64,000 nucleotides of DNA from Candidatus Anstonellales archaeon (GTDB lineage: Archaea > Micrarchaeota > Micrarchaeia > Anstonellales > J096): NCBI GenBank assembly GCA_038896535.1, contig JAWACY010000001.1, positions 160,001 through 224,000 of the forward strand. The letters are read 5' to 3'. Every line of letters begins with the position of its first letter. Position 1 is the stretch's first letter. The position numbers and the translations under genes were made by a program. Positions 39,571 to 49,707 of the stretch are shown here, piece by piece. The notes under the pieces were generated by a model that was not told where the DNA came from, made no database searches, and saw only the letters and a list, made by a program, of their open reading frames with translations.

Positions 39571-40458
39571 CTAAATTTTCTTTATTTTTGCTATGAAAAA
39601 CCCCTCGCTATTAACATGCCATGGATATATCCTTTTCACATAATCACTGCATATAAATCCATGCTCCCCTTTTTCGCATTTTACTGGCAATGAAAAATGC
39701 ATTGGCTTGGCATTTTCCCTTTTCTCAATTAGAGAATCTATAACGCCCTCATTCTCTTCTGTTGTTATTGTGCATGTACTATAAACAAGCTCGCCATTTG
39801 TTTTCAGCGCATCAAAACAGGATAATATCATTGCCTTTTGTATTCTTGCCATTGCCTTAACATGTCTTTCATTTGCCCTTCTTATTGCATAAAGAGAGCT
39901 GCCAAAACTTGAGCATGGCGCATCAAGTAATATATTATCAAAGTAATTATTGTTGAATGGCAAATGCCTCGAATCAGCTTTTATTATGCAAGTATTCATA
40001 ACTCCAAGCCTGTCAAGGTTAGAAACAAGCAATGATATTCTTTCATAAGTTTTTTCTATTGAATATATGCCTGCCTTATTCTCCTTTATTGCAGCTATTT
40101 GGCTTGTTTTGCTTCCTGGCGAAGATGCAGCATCAAGAAAAATTCCCATGTAATTATTAAATGCTAATACTGGCATCATTGAGCTGAAACTTTGTGGGTG
40201 TATGAAGCCAAGAAAATATGACAATGTTTTTCCTATTTTTTCCTTTCCTTTATACAAAAATCCATACTTATAAGATGTTTTTTCATAATCAAAATCTGCA
40301 ATATCAAAAAATTCCTTTATACTCGTTTTTATTGTATTAACCCTAAAATATGTTCCCTGCTCTAACAATGAAGTTATAAAATGCACAGCATCAAAGCCAA
40401 ACCTTTCTGCTAATGATGAGAAGAAATTACTAAATTTCAATTCTTTCAGATATTTCAC
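39571..40458 (-). CDS. RsmB/NOP2-family RNA m5C methyltransferase
   Basis: 'FRVNTIK', 'LDAASSPGSKT', 'LLDAPCS', 'LVYSTCT...EENE.V', 'GFFIAK'. Confidence 0.93.
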   Translation of the reverse strand: MKYLKELKFSNFFSSLAERFGFDAVHFITSLLEQGTYFRVNTIKTSIKEFFDIADFDYEKTSYKYGFLYKGKEKIGKTLSYFLGFIHPQSFSSMMPVLAFNNYMGIFLDAASSPGSKTSQIAAIKENKAGIYSIEKTYERISLLVSNLDRLGVMNTCIIKADSRHLPFNNNYFDNILLDAPCSSFGSSLYAIRRANERHVKAMARIQKAMILSCFDALKTNGELVYSTCTITTEENEGVIDSLIEKRENAKPMHFSLPVKCEKGEHGFICSDYVKRIYPWHVNSEGFFIAKIKKI

Positions 40459-41635
40459 CCGCTATATTTGTATTCATAATTTCATCTATTTTTTCATGCC
40501 TTTTTTCTCTTTTCATTGCCCATGACAACTTAACAAATGCAGTTTCTGGGGTCATGTCATTAATATTGCCTCTAACCCCTATTTCTTGTAATTCTCTACC
40601 AGTGCTATAAACATTCATATTCACTCTCCCATATATCGTTTGTGTTGTCATGTAAATAAATATGCCAGAGTCGATAAGCTCTTTAAGCACTTTTTTGAGC
40701 GATGTTGAAATATGGCCAAGCCCTGCGCCTGCAATTACTATGCCATCATAATCAGATAATTTCTTCAAGAATGATTCTTTCATTCCAGGATAATAATAAA
40801 TAAGAGCAACATTATCATTAAACCCATTATGCAATTCAAGCTTTTCATGTTTTATTGGTTGCAATAGCCATTTGGCATAGTTGCTTTTATAATCAACTTC
40901 AGCTAGATGGCTTATATTTATGCTTTTAAATGCATCCCTTCTGCTTGAATGCATTTTTCTAACCTTTGTTCCTCTGTGCAAATAGCATAATGTATCATTC
41001 AATGAAGCATGCATGCATATACATGCTTCTCCAAAATCGAGTTTTGAAGCATAAACTGCATTCAATAAATTTAACTTATTATCACTGCTCGGCCTATCAG
41101 AACTTCTCTGAGCACCAACTAGGATTAGGGGCTTATTAAGTCTTAATGCAAAAGATAATGCGGCTGAAGTGTAATGCATTGTATCAGTGCCATGTAAGAG
41201 GATAATGCCTTCATAATCCTTCATATAATCATAAACACTTTCTGCTATGCTTTCCCAATGCCATGGCTGCATATCCTCGCTGAATATGTTAAAAAGCTGG
41301 TATACATCAACATCTTTAAGTTCAAACTGGTCTTTAAGCTCCTTTGCAGTTATTTTTGGGTAAACTGCTCCTGTATTGTAATCGACCTTTGACGCTATTG
41401 TACCACCTATGCCTATTATAGCAATATCATTTTTCTCTTCCATTTTTTTCTCATGCTCTTTTTCTTCTTTCACTTGTTCATCAATATCAATTAATTCAAT
41501 TATGTCTAAATCAGATTTTTTTATCCCTATGTTATAGCCATTGCTAAGTTTTATTACATATATACCTTCATATGGGGATTGCAGCATTATTCCCTCTATG
41601 TTTTTTCCTTTCCATCTTGCCTTTATTTTCTTCAC
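40430..41635 (-). CDS. gatD: Glu-tRNA(Gln) amidotransferase subunit D
   Basis: 'KLSNGYNIG', 'GGTIASKVDY.TGAV', 'HGTDTM', 'GAQRSSDRPSSD', 'RKMHSSRRDAF'. GTG at 41635 preferred over 41668. Confidence 0.95.
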   Translation of the reverse strand: MKKIKARWKGKNIEGIMLQSPYEGIYVIKLSNGYNIGIKKSDLDIIELIDIDEQVKEEKEHEKKMEEKNDIAIIGIGGTIASKVDYNTGAVYPKITAKELKDQFELKDVDVYQLFNIFSEDMQPWHWESIAESVYDYMKDYEGIILLHGTDTMHYTSAALSFALRLNKPLILVGAQRSSDRPSSDNKLNLLNAVYASKLDFGEACICMHASLNDTLCYLHRGTKVRKMHSSRRDAFKSINISHLAEVDYKSNYAKWLLQPIKHEKLELHNGFNDNVALIYYYPGMKESFLKKLSDYDGIVIAGAGLGHISTSLKKVLKELIDSGIFIYMTTQTIYGRVNMNVYSTGRELQEIGVRGNINDMTPETAFVKLSWAMKREKRHEKIDEIMNTNIAGEISERIEI

Positions 41636-41683
41636 AAAACATATTATGCAAAAAGTTTTAAAGTACATTACTAATTTAGTAAT

Positions 41684-42424
41684 ATGGAAATATATGAATT
41701 AATGCCAAAAAAGGAGCGCAATCCATTATCAGTTGATTTTATAAAAGAAAACGCAGATTTGATGAAGAAACTTGGCATTGATAAAACCCCTGAAAAACTG
41801 TCAGAAGACCTTAAAGGAATTTTGTCGAGACTCAGCACAGCCCTTGTGGAATTAAATAATATTGATAAGGAAACTGAGTTATTTATTCATGCGATTGCAA
41901 GGCAGAAAGTAATTAATCAAACAAACCTGAATAAGATAAGCAAAAAATACAAGAATTTAGTATATGCATTATCATATCTAATATCTATGAAAAAAGAATC
42001 AGATTTTTATGTGGCAACAAATTTTTCGTCTGATATTATAAGAAAATTGGCTGATAGGGACATAAACAGCTTGGAAGATTTAATTATATTAACATTAGAT
42101 TTGAAAAATGATAAAGCTGTTAGGGAAGCTATCAAAAAAATGGCTGGCCTTGATGAAGTTCCATCTCTTAAAAACTTCTCTCGCCTACTGACCAATAGTG
42201 ACCAAATAACGCAGCACATTTTTGTCAAGTATTTATTACCATCAATAATTTCTTGCGCTGTTAGTAATGAAGAAATAGAAAAAATACTCGATGCACTTAA
42301 AACAATAGCAACTGCTAAAATGAGCCATAAAGAGTTTTATAACTCATTTAACAATATAAGGCTTATGCTTTATATGTTTGGTTATAGTAATATTGCAATT
42401 GATTATTTAAGGTGCTTTGAATGA
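41684..42424 (+). CDS. Hypothetical protein (all-alpha)
   Basis: 246-aa ORF with ATGA overlap with the next gene. Confidence 0.65.
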   Translation: MEIYELMPKKERNPLSVDFIKENADLMKKLGIDKTPEKLSEDLKGILSRLSTALVELNNIDKETELFIHAIARQKVINQTNLNKISKKYKNLVYALSYLISMKKESDFYVATNFSSDIIRKLADRDINSLEDLIILTLDLKNDKAVREAIKKMAGLDEVPSLKNFSRLLTNSDQITQHIFVKYLLPSIISCAVSNEEIEKILDALKTIATAKMSHKEFYNSFNNIRLMLYMFGYSNIAIDYLRCFE

Positions 42425-43560
42425 GCTTTTCATTGAGGATCAAGAATTTATTTGGAGCACAAGAACTTTTTGAAGGCGTTGTTAATGAGAATGCATTTTT
42501 GTTCTTAAACTCCAGCAGAAATAGGAAGCAAGATGAACTTATAGATATTGCATTAAAGGGAGATGTGGTTGCAATATTTATGTCAAGTTTACTGATAGAT
42601 TTTTTTAGAGAAACTGAACCAGCATGTAAGAGCGATACATACGATGTTTATTTTTTTGATAAAACAAAAAATGAAAGCATAAACGCATATGGGCAAAATA
42701 AGGCGATATATAAAATAATAAAAAAAGGAAATGTTGCATTAAAAGAAGACTCTTTGATCAAAGACCCAAAAGTTTTTGAGGGCGATTATAAAATATATGT
42801 TGGCAATGATAGCTTTACACAATCATTGATTGGACAAGAAATTGATGAGCATATATCAATAGCAAGAATAATAAAGGCAGAAATAGAAGGAGAAGCCTAT
42901 GCATGGAAGAAGAAACAAGAAAAGTTAGCACAAAATCCATTGATTGCATTGGCACAAGCGATGAATATGTATGGAGAAAAATGCTTTATAATGAAAAATG
43001 GGACAATATACCAAAGCCCAGAAATAGTGTTTAATGAGCAATCCATGCCGGATAAAAAAAGCTTGGATTTAATGTTTTTATATTCATTCATAAAAGAACT
43101 GAAAGATGCCTTCGCTTATTATATGTCATATGAAGGGAGAGCATTGAAATTAATTAAGAATAGCATAGCTTATACGCATTATTTTAATAAAGAAGTCATA
43201 GTGCCACAAACAATGATACATAAAGAATGGAAAGAAGATATTGATTATACAAGAATTGATGACATAGCAATTACAAAGCTTTCAAATTGGCTTTTGTCTA
43301 ATGATAAAAAAGAAATATTTTTAACATATTCTGACAAATCATATTATCTTAATGAGCATTTTAATATGAACTTAAGAGAAATTTCATTAGAAAAAAAACA
43401 AGCAAGCGATGTAAAAGTTAATTTCACAAAGACAAAGGATGAGTATGCATTGCTTTATAAAATAGGCAGTTGGCGTTATGATTTGTTTCCTATTGTTTAT
43501 AAAGAGTTTTATGCAATAGCAGATTTTGAAGAAAAATTCGGTTATATGCTTGAGCCGTGA
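42421..43560 (+). CDS. Hypothetical protein
   Basis: 379-aa ORF; no motif recognised. Confidence 0.7.
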   Translation: MSFSLRIKNLFGAQELFEGVVNENAFLFLNSSRNRKQDELIDIALKGDVVAIFMSSLLIDFFRETEPACKSDTYDVYFFDKTKNESINAYGQNKAIYKIIKKGNVALKEDSLIKDPKVFEGDYKIYVGNDSFTQSLIGQEIDEHISIARIIKAEIEGEAYAWKKKQEKLAQNPLIALAQAMNMYGEKCFIMKNGTIYQSPEIVFNEQSMPDKKSLDLMFLYSFIKELKDAFAYYMSYEGRALKLIKNSIAYTHYFNKEVIVPQTMIHKEWKEDIDYTRIDDIAITKLSNWLLSNDKKEIFLTYSDKSYYLNEHFNMNLREISLEKKQASDVKVNFTKTKDEYALLYKIGSWRYDLFPIVYKEFYAIADFEEKFGYMLEP

Positions 43561-44245
43561 TATCATGAAAAAACTCAAAGCAGAAATTGCTGGAGAACTC
43601 ATAATGGCAGAAAAGCCAGGAGAAGCAATGAGAAAATGGAGGGAAGTATTTGAAATAAGTCAAACAGAGCTTTCAAATTATCTTAATATTTCTCCATCAA
43701 CAATAAGCGATTATGAAAGCGGGAGAAGAAAAAATCCAGGGATAAAAGTAATAAAGAGATTTGTTGATGCACTTTTTGATATAGATATGTCAAGAGGAGG
43801 CAAAATAATAAAGAAATTACAAGAAGGCGAGACAAGCCATGAGGAATACTTTGAAGTCAGAGAGTTTTCAAAAGCAGTCCCATTACAAGATTTTGTCTCT
43901 ATAATACAGGGGAAAGTAATAACAAATGAGCAGTTGATAAAGAATATAAATATACATGGCTTTGTTATACTGCACAGCATAAAAGTTATGCTGGAAATGC
44001 CGCAAGAGATGTTTAAATTACTCAATATACATGCAATGGATAAAGTCTTTGTATTTTTAGATGTTAGCACTGGCAGAAGTCCATTAATAGTTATAAGAAT
44101 TGCTCCAAACAAACCAAAAGCAGTTGTACTTCACAATCTTGATAAAGTTGATGACTTAGCGAAAAAAATATCTGAAAGAGAGAAAATACCAATAATAACT
44201 TCTAAAATGCCAATACAAGAAATGCTGAAAAAATTAATATTTTAA
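43526..44245 (+). CDS. Archaeal XRE-family HTH transcriptional regulator (COG1709-like)
   Basis: 'IAGE', 'RKWREVFEISQTEL', 'ISDYESGRRKNPG', 'VSTGRSP'. True start probably 43550 or 43565. Confidence 0.88.
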   Translation: MKKNSVICLSRDIMKKLKAEIAGELIMAEKPGEAMRKWREVFEISQTELSNYLNISPSTISDYESGRRKNPGIKVIKRFVDALFDIDMSRGGKIIKKLQEGETSHEEYFEVREFSKAVPLQDFVSIIQGKVITNEQLIKNINIHGFVILHSIKVMLEMPQEMFKLLNIHAMDKVFVFLDVSTGRSPLIVIRIAPNKPKAVVLHNLDKVDDLAKKISEREKIPIITSKMPIQEMLKKLIF

Positions 44246-44393
44246 ATTTCCCTTATTTTTGATTTTTTATTTTGCATTATATGAGGTAATAATTAATGCA
44301 GCAAATAGCCATAATAGCAGATTTTTAAATACCGTCAAGTTTTTAAATATTGCCATCGAAATGCCTAAATAAATAATAAAGAGGTTGAGAACA

Positions 44394-44672
44394 ATGGGAG
44401 AAAGAGTAAGTAAGGAAAGAGTAAATAGAAAAGATGGGTATCTATATTTTGTAGGCAAAGATGGCTATGTTTGGGAAGTGCCTGCAAAGCACAACCCATC
44501 AGGCAGAAAAAGCAGAGTTGGGACAGAGAAGATTGCAAAGGCCCCTGGTTATCTCTATTATGTAGGAACAGATGGGTATGTATATAGAGCAAAGATGAAC
44601 AGAGGGGGCAAGAAAGGGGCAAGAAGAAAGAGAAGAGCAAAGAAGGCAAAAGCAAAGAAGAGAAAGAGATAA
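44394..44672 (+). CDS. Small basic chromatin protein, CC1-like, with Lys/Arg-rich tail
   Basis: Duplicated 'GYLYFVGKDG' / 'GYLYYVGTDG' motif; tail RGGKKGARRKRRAKKAKAKKRKR; GAGGT RBS. Confidence 0.7.
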   Translation: MGERVSKERVNRKDGYLYFVGKDGYVWEVPAKHNPSGRKSRVGTEKIAKAPGYLYYVGTDGYVYRAKMNRGGKKGARRKRRAKKAKAKKRKR

Positions 44673-44820
44673 AAAAACCTTTTGTTTTCTTAAATTTATT
44701 GTTTTTTTATTTCTTTTATTTGTTTTATCTATTTATTGTTCCATTGAGAAGCAGCCTTGAGAAGCAGCCATTTATTTAAAAAGATTTTTGCATAATAACC
44801 TTACTTATAAGAGTGATAAT

Positions 44821-45066
44821 ATGGCAAATGTTGTTATGATTATGAATGTGAATATAAGCGAGCAGGATAAAATAGATAGCATAGCAGAAGAAATAAAGAA
44901 AAAGCTGAATGTTAGTGATATAAAAAAAGAGGATATAGGCTTTGGCATAAAAAGGCTTAAAATAGCTGTAATGCTAGATGATGAAAAAGGGAGTGATGTT
45001 GAGCAAATACTCTATGATATTGATGGCATATCTTCTGTTGAAACAATAAGCGTAACAAGAGTATAA
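44821..45066 (+). CDS. ef1b: Elongation factor 1-beta
   Basis: 'MANV', 'EDIGFGIKRL', 'VEQ.L..IDGISSVE'; adjacent to aEF-2. Confidence 0.88.
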   Translation: MANVVMIMNVNISEQDKIDSIAEEIKKKLNVSDIKKEDIGFGIKRLKIAVMLDDEKGSDVEQILYDIDGISSVETISVTRV

Positions 45067-45090
45067 AGGTTTTAATCGAAGGTTGGGATT

Positions 45091-47292
45091 ATGGTAAGAA
45101 AAGAAGCAGTTGTAGAAGATGTAGTAAAAATAATGGAGAACCTTGATTTTGTTAGAAATATGGCAATAGTTGCGCATGTAGACCATGGAAAAACAACTTT
45201 AAGTGATAGCCTTGTTGCTAGGTCAGGATTAATAAGCAAAGAACTTGCAGGGCAACAAAGAGTGCTTGATTATGACATACAAGAGCAGAAGAGGGGAATA
45301 ACAATAAAAGCAGCAAATATAAGCTTAGGCTTTACTTATGAAGGCAAGGATTATTTAATAAACTTAATAGATACACCAGGCCATGTTGATTTTGGCGGGC
45401 ATGTTACAAGAGCTATGCGTGCTGTTGATGGTGTTGTTCTTGTTGTAGATGCAGTTGAAGGCATTATGCCTCAAACAGAAACTGTTTTAAGACAGGCATT
45501 AAAAGAAAGAGCGAAGCCAGTGCTTTTCATAAATAAAGTTGATAGGCTTATAAATGAGCTTAAGCTCTCACAGCAGCAGATAATGGAGAAGCTTATTAAG
45601 ATCATTGCTGGAGTTAATAAAATAATAGAAGCAAACGCACCTGAACAATTTAAAAAAGATTGGCAAGTATCTGTTGAAAATGGCAAAGTTGCAATAGGAT
45701 CAGCATTCAATAAATGGGCACTCAGCATTAATAGTATGAAGAAAACAGGCATAAATTTCTCAAAAGTTTATGAGCTGGTATCAAATAATAAAATGAGTGA
45801 ATTGAGCGAACTTTCTCCTGTTGATGAAGTTGTGCTTGAAATGGCAGTTAAAAACTTGCCAAATCCAAAGCAAGCACAGGCATATAGAATTCCTGTTCTA
45901 TGGCACGGAAACATTGAAAGCGATGAAGGAAAGGCAATGCTTTTATGTAATGCAAATGCTCCAACAATAGGTGTTGTTTTTGGAGTAGTCTATGACGAAC
46001 ATGCTGGCGAGGTAGCTGTTGTAAGGCTTTTTTCTGGAACAATAAGGAAAGGAGATAATTTATATGTTGCATCAAAACTTGCTTATAATAGAGTGCAGCA
46101 GGTTGCTATTTATATGGGCCCAGATAGGATACAAGCTGAAAAAATAACCGCTGGCAATATAGGGGCTGTTGTTGGGCTTAAGGACGTTTATGTTGGAGAA
46201 ACAATAAGTTCAATGCCTATAGAGCCATTTGAACAAATAAAGCATTATTCAGAACCAGTAGTTACAAAAAGCATAGAAGCGGCAAATCCGAAAGATTTAG
46301 GAAAATTAATAGAAGTTTTAAGAGGACTTGCAAAAGAAGACCCAACATTAAGGGTAGAGCTAAATCAAGAGACAGGAGAACACTTAATAAGCGGTATGGG
46401 AGAGTTACACTTAGAAATTATTGAATATAAAATAAGAGAAGAAAAAGGCGTTGCAATAAAAACAAGCCCGCCAATTGTTGTTTATAGAGAAACACTTGCC
46501 TCTAAAGAAGGGCCTGTAATAGAAGGAAAAAGTCCAAACAAGCATAACAAGCTTTATATAAAAGTTGAAAAACTTAATGATAATATTGTTAAGGCACTTG
46601 ATAATGCAGAAATCCCTGAAGGAAGAATAAAAGGAAAAGTTCCACAACAGCTTGTTGAAAAGCTTGTCTCTCTTGGCATGGACAGAGATGAAGCAAAAGG
46701 GCTTTGGGATGTTTATAATAAAAACTTTCTTATTGATGCAACAAAAGGAGTGCAATACTTAAATGAAGTGCAAGAACTTATAGTACAAGGTTTTGAAGAA
46801 GCAATGTCCAAAGGGCCTTTATCACAAGAAAAGGTTGCTGGCATAAAAGTTGTGCTTGTTGATGCAACCTTGCATGAAGATAATGTACACAGAGGGCCTG
46901 CACAAATATTACCAGCAGTAAAAAGGCCTATATATGCCTCAATGTTAAAGGCAAATGTACAATTGCTTGAACCAAAACAGAAAATATTAGTACAAGTCCC
47001 ACAAGATTATGCTAGTGCCGTGCTTAATTTGATGAATGGGAAAAGGGCAAAACTATTATCTCTTGAACAGGAAGGAGATATGGCAACAATAAATGTTATT
47101 GTTCCAGTTGCAGAAACATTTGGCTTGAGCAATGAATTAAGAGGCGTTAGTCAAGGAAGAGCAATTTGGTATAGTGAATATTATGGGTATGAGCCATTAC
47201 CAAGAGAATTACAGGATAAAGTTGTTTATTCAATCAGAGATAGAAAAGGCCTGCCAAAAGAACCGCCAAAAGCAGAAGAATTTATGGAATGA
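45091..47292 (+). CDS. fusA: Elongation factor aEF-2
   Basis: 'AHVDHGKTT', 'RGITI', 'DTPGH', 'NKVD', 'GMGELHLE', diphthamide loop 'HEDNVHRGPAQ'. Confidence 0.98.
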   Translation: MVRKEAVVEDVVKIMENLDFVRNMAIVAHVDHGKTTLSDSLVARSGLISKELAGQQRVLDYDIQEQKRGITIKAANISLGFTYEGKDYLINLIDTPGHVDFGGHVTRAMRAVDGVVLVVDAVEGIMPQTETVLRQALKERAKPVLFINKVDRLINELKLSQQQIMEKLIKIIAGVNKIIEANAPEQFKKDWQVSVENGKVAIGSAFNKWALSINSMKKTGINFSKVYELVSNNKMSELSELSPVDEVVLEMAVKNLPNPKQAQAYRIPVLWHGNIESDEGKAMLLCNANAPTIGVVFGVVYDEHAGEVAVVRLFSGTIRKGDNLYVASKLAYNRVQQVAIYMGPDRIQAEKITAGNIGAVVGLKDVYVGETISSMPIEPFEQIKHYSEPVVTKSIEAANPKDLGKLIEVLRGLAKEDPTLRVELNQETGEHLISGMGELHLEIIEYKIREEKGVAIKTSPPIVVYRETLASKEGPVIEGKSPNKHNKLYIKVEKLNDNIVKALDNAEIPEGRIKGKVPQQLVEKLVSLGMDRDEAKGLWDVYNKNFLIDATKGVQYLNEVQELIVQGFEEAMSKGPLSQEKVAGIKVVLVDATLHEDNVHRGPAQILPAVKRPIYASMLKANVQLLEPKQKILVQVPQDYASAVLNLMNGKRAKLLSLEQEGDMATINVIVPVAETFGLSNELRGVSQGRAIWYSEYYGYEPLPRELQDKVVYSIRDRKGLPKEPPKAEEFME

Positions 47293-47343
47293 TATTGAAT
47301 AAAGACAAAAAATAAAAATAAATACATACATTTTTTATTTATA

Positions 47344-47428
47344 GCAGGGGTCGCCAAGCCTGGTCAACGGCGCAGGACTTAAGATCCTGTCCCATATGGG
47401 TTCGTGGGTTCAAATCCCACCCCCTGCA
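47344..47428 (+). tRNA. tRNA-Leu(TAA), no intron
   Basis: Acceptor GCAGGGG/CCCCTGC, anticodon arm CAGGA-CT-TAA-GA-TCCTG, long variable arm. Confidence 0.96.
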
Positions 47429-47512
47429 CATATAAGCGAGTTAGGAGTTAGCCGATATAAGCAAAACCTTCGAGCGAAGCGAGAAGAGGATTTGAAGCCA
47501 AAGGGTTCAAAT

Positions 47513-47694
47513 GTAAAAAGGCAAATTAACTTATACACACGCCTTCTTACAATCATCCCGCCCCCATTATTCCCTGTGGTAAGAAGGCAAATTAACTTAT
47601 ACACACGCCTTCTTACAATCATCCCGGTAAGAAGGCAAATTAACTTATATATGCGCCTTCTTACAATCTTCCAACCTCTATTATAAGCTTTGTT
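47513..47694 (+). repeat. Array C of 38-bp palindromic REP-like units (3 units + shared tail)
   Basis: Units at 47513-47550, 47579-47616 and 47627-47664; linkers of 28 and 10 bp; tail AATCTTCCAACCTCTATTATAAGCTTTGTT identical to array B. Confidence 0.93.
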
Positions 47695-47868
47695 TGGTTT
47701 TGGTAATTGAATTTATATATAATATATGCCTTCTTGTCATTCACTAAATTAATCTAAGTTATGTCTTAATCATGTAATATTAAATCATGTGATATTGATA
47801 AGGGGCTGGAGTGTTATTAAACTAAGTATTGAACTAACTACAATATTACAATATAAACAAATTATAAT

Positions 47869-48597
47869 TTAGGGTTTTCGTTTTGATATTTTATAAAGCC
47901 CAGTTGCTATTACTGGCCCTATTAATAGCAAGAATGTATATAAATTGGCCCTTGATACAAATGATAGTAATATATCATTCTTGACATCATAAAATACCTT
48001 TAATGCTTCTCCAACAAAATCTGGTGGGGCTTTAACTGATATTTCATTTGCTATACTTGAAGTAACATTATCAATTATTCCATTAATAATTAGGGTATAA
48101 ACAAACATCAATAAAATTGCTATGATGCCAAATAAAAGCATGCTTTCATTTCTTGCATAAACAAAAACAAAGAATACATAAGCAAGATATAAGACAATTG
48201 TTATTCCATAAATTATGCCGAGCATTGGCTTTATATTTTCTATTATAGCATCTAAAGGTTTTAGTATTTCATTTGCAGCAAGTTTTGATATAACCTCTAT
48301 TAAATCTGGTATTGTTTTTACGCTCCCATTTAAGACACTATCGCATGCTGGTTTTAGAAATTCTAATTCTTGTGGAAAGCTATTTTGTGCTTGGCACACT
48401 GTTTTTACTTGATCAATGCTAATTTGGGAGGCATTAATTTTTGTGTAGTATATAAAGGAAAGCTCTGAATTTATTTTTTGTGCAAAAACAGCCTTTGTGT
48501 TTTCATACTCGCTTATGAATATAAAAAGGAATATTGAGAAAAACAGCAATAACAAAATTAATATTGATAATGGCACATACATTATTGTTTTTATCAT
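47869..48597 (-). CDS. Hypothetical multi-pass membrane protein
   Basis: About four TM helices with two extracytoplasmic loops. Confidence 0.7.
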   Translation of the reverse strand: MIKTIMYVPLSILILLLLFFSIFLFIFISEYENTKAVFAQKINSELSFIYYTKINASQISIDQVKTVCQAQNSFPQELEFLKPACDSVLNGSVKTIPDLIEVISKLAANEILKPLDAIIENIKPMLGIIYGITIVLYLAYVFFVFVYARNESMLLFGIIAILLMFVYTLIINGIIDNVTSSIANEISVKAPPDFVGEALKVFYDVKNDILLSFVSRANLYTFLLLIGPVIATGLYKISKRKP

Positions 48598-48646
48598 AAT
48601 TCAATATATTAGTAAGAATTAAAAATTTTTCTTTTGATTAGGTTTT

Positions 48647-49387
48647 ATGGGGAACATACAGAAAAGGGTTTTCGTTCTTTTCATATTGGCTATAGCGTTA
48701 TTCGCATTGTTTTTCTCTATTGGCGTTGGTGGCACAACTAGTAGCAAAACAGATCAGCAGCAAGATAAAACAACTCAACAGCAAGATAAAGCAGTTGAGC
48801 AAAACAAAACAAATGAAAGCAAAGCAATTAAATTGAAGTGTGACCCATCTTCTTATACTACAATGAGCGCCAGAATTAAATGTTTTCTATCTTTATCAGA
48901 TGAGGATGTAAAAAATGTTAATTATACTCCTGAAGAATGCATATTAAAACAATCTGAAACTGATAAAAATAAATGCATAGAGAAATACAGACTTTTCCAA
49001 ACGTGCAGGCCAAAGCCAAGCACAGATAAAGAAAGGGAAAAATGCATATTGCCAAAATTAAATATATCTGGTAGTGTAAGACAAGAAGTGGAAATGTGCA
49101 AAAGCCAGCAGAGGCAGGATTTAATAAATATATGCATGTCAAAAATAAGAGAAAAAGTGCTTGATATGGTTAAATTTAGGGTTTACAACCTTGTTTATAA
49201 AGCACAAGAGCTTAAAGGCCTTGGCGTGCCAGAAGATAAAGTTATATCAATACTTGAAAAGGTAAATAATGCAAAAATAGCTCTTGAAAAAGCCAACTCA
49301 AATGATGAGAGAATAGCAATACTTGAGGGTTTAAAAGCAGATTGGCAGGCCTTTTCAGATGATGCTAAAAATTATGTAAAGAGGTGA
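48647..49387 (+). CDS. Secreted/anchored Cys-rich helical protein
   Basis: N-terminal TM, QQQDK repeats, eight spaced Cys. Confidence 0.72.
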   Translation: MGNIQKRVFVLFILAIALFALFFSIGVGGTTSSKTDQQQDKTTQQQDKAVEQNKTNESKAIKLKCDPSSYTTMSARIKCFLSLSDEDVKNVNYTPEECILKQSETDKNKCIEKYRLFQTCRPKPSTDKEREKCILPKLNISGSVRQEVEMCKSQQRQDLINICMSKIREKVLDMVKFRVYNLVYKAQELKGLGVPEDKVISILEKVNNAKIALEKANSNDERIAILEGLKADWQAFSDDAKNYVKR

Positions 49388-49391
49388 TTGA

Positions 49392-49661
49392 ATGAAAGCA
49401 GCAATTTTTATTATTTTAATTTCTTTAATGCTCATCTTCGGATGCACACAGCAGCAGGCCAAACAAGAAATTGGAAAAGAAAATAATAAAAGCATTAGCA
49501 ATGTATCAAACCAATCTTTGAATCAAACTATAAATCAAAGCCAGCAAGAAACAGGGCAAAAAGAGCAAGTTAGTGGAGAAAATTTAACAGAAGAAGAGTT
49601 AAACGATTTGTTCAATACTGACATAGATAAGGCTATAGAAGAAATTAATATAACTGGTTAA
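49392..49661 (+). CDS. Small putative lipoprotein
   Basis: Signal ending 'IFGC', Q/N/S-rich linker; GAGGTGA RBS. Confidence 0.7.
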   Translation: MKAAIFIILISLMLIFGCTQQQAKQEIGKENNKSISNVSNQSLNQTINQSQQETGQKEQVSGENLTEEELNDLFNTDIDKAIEEINITG

Positions 49662-49707
49662 TATAACTGGTTGATTTATTTTTGTTAATCACATTTAATG
49701 TGATATT

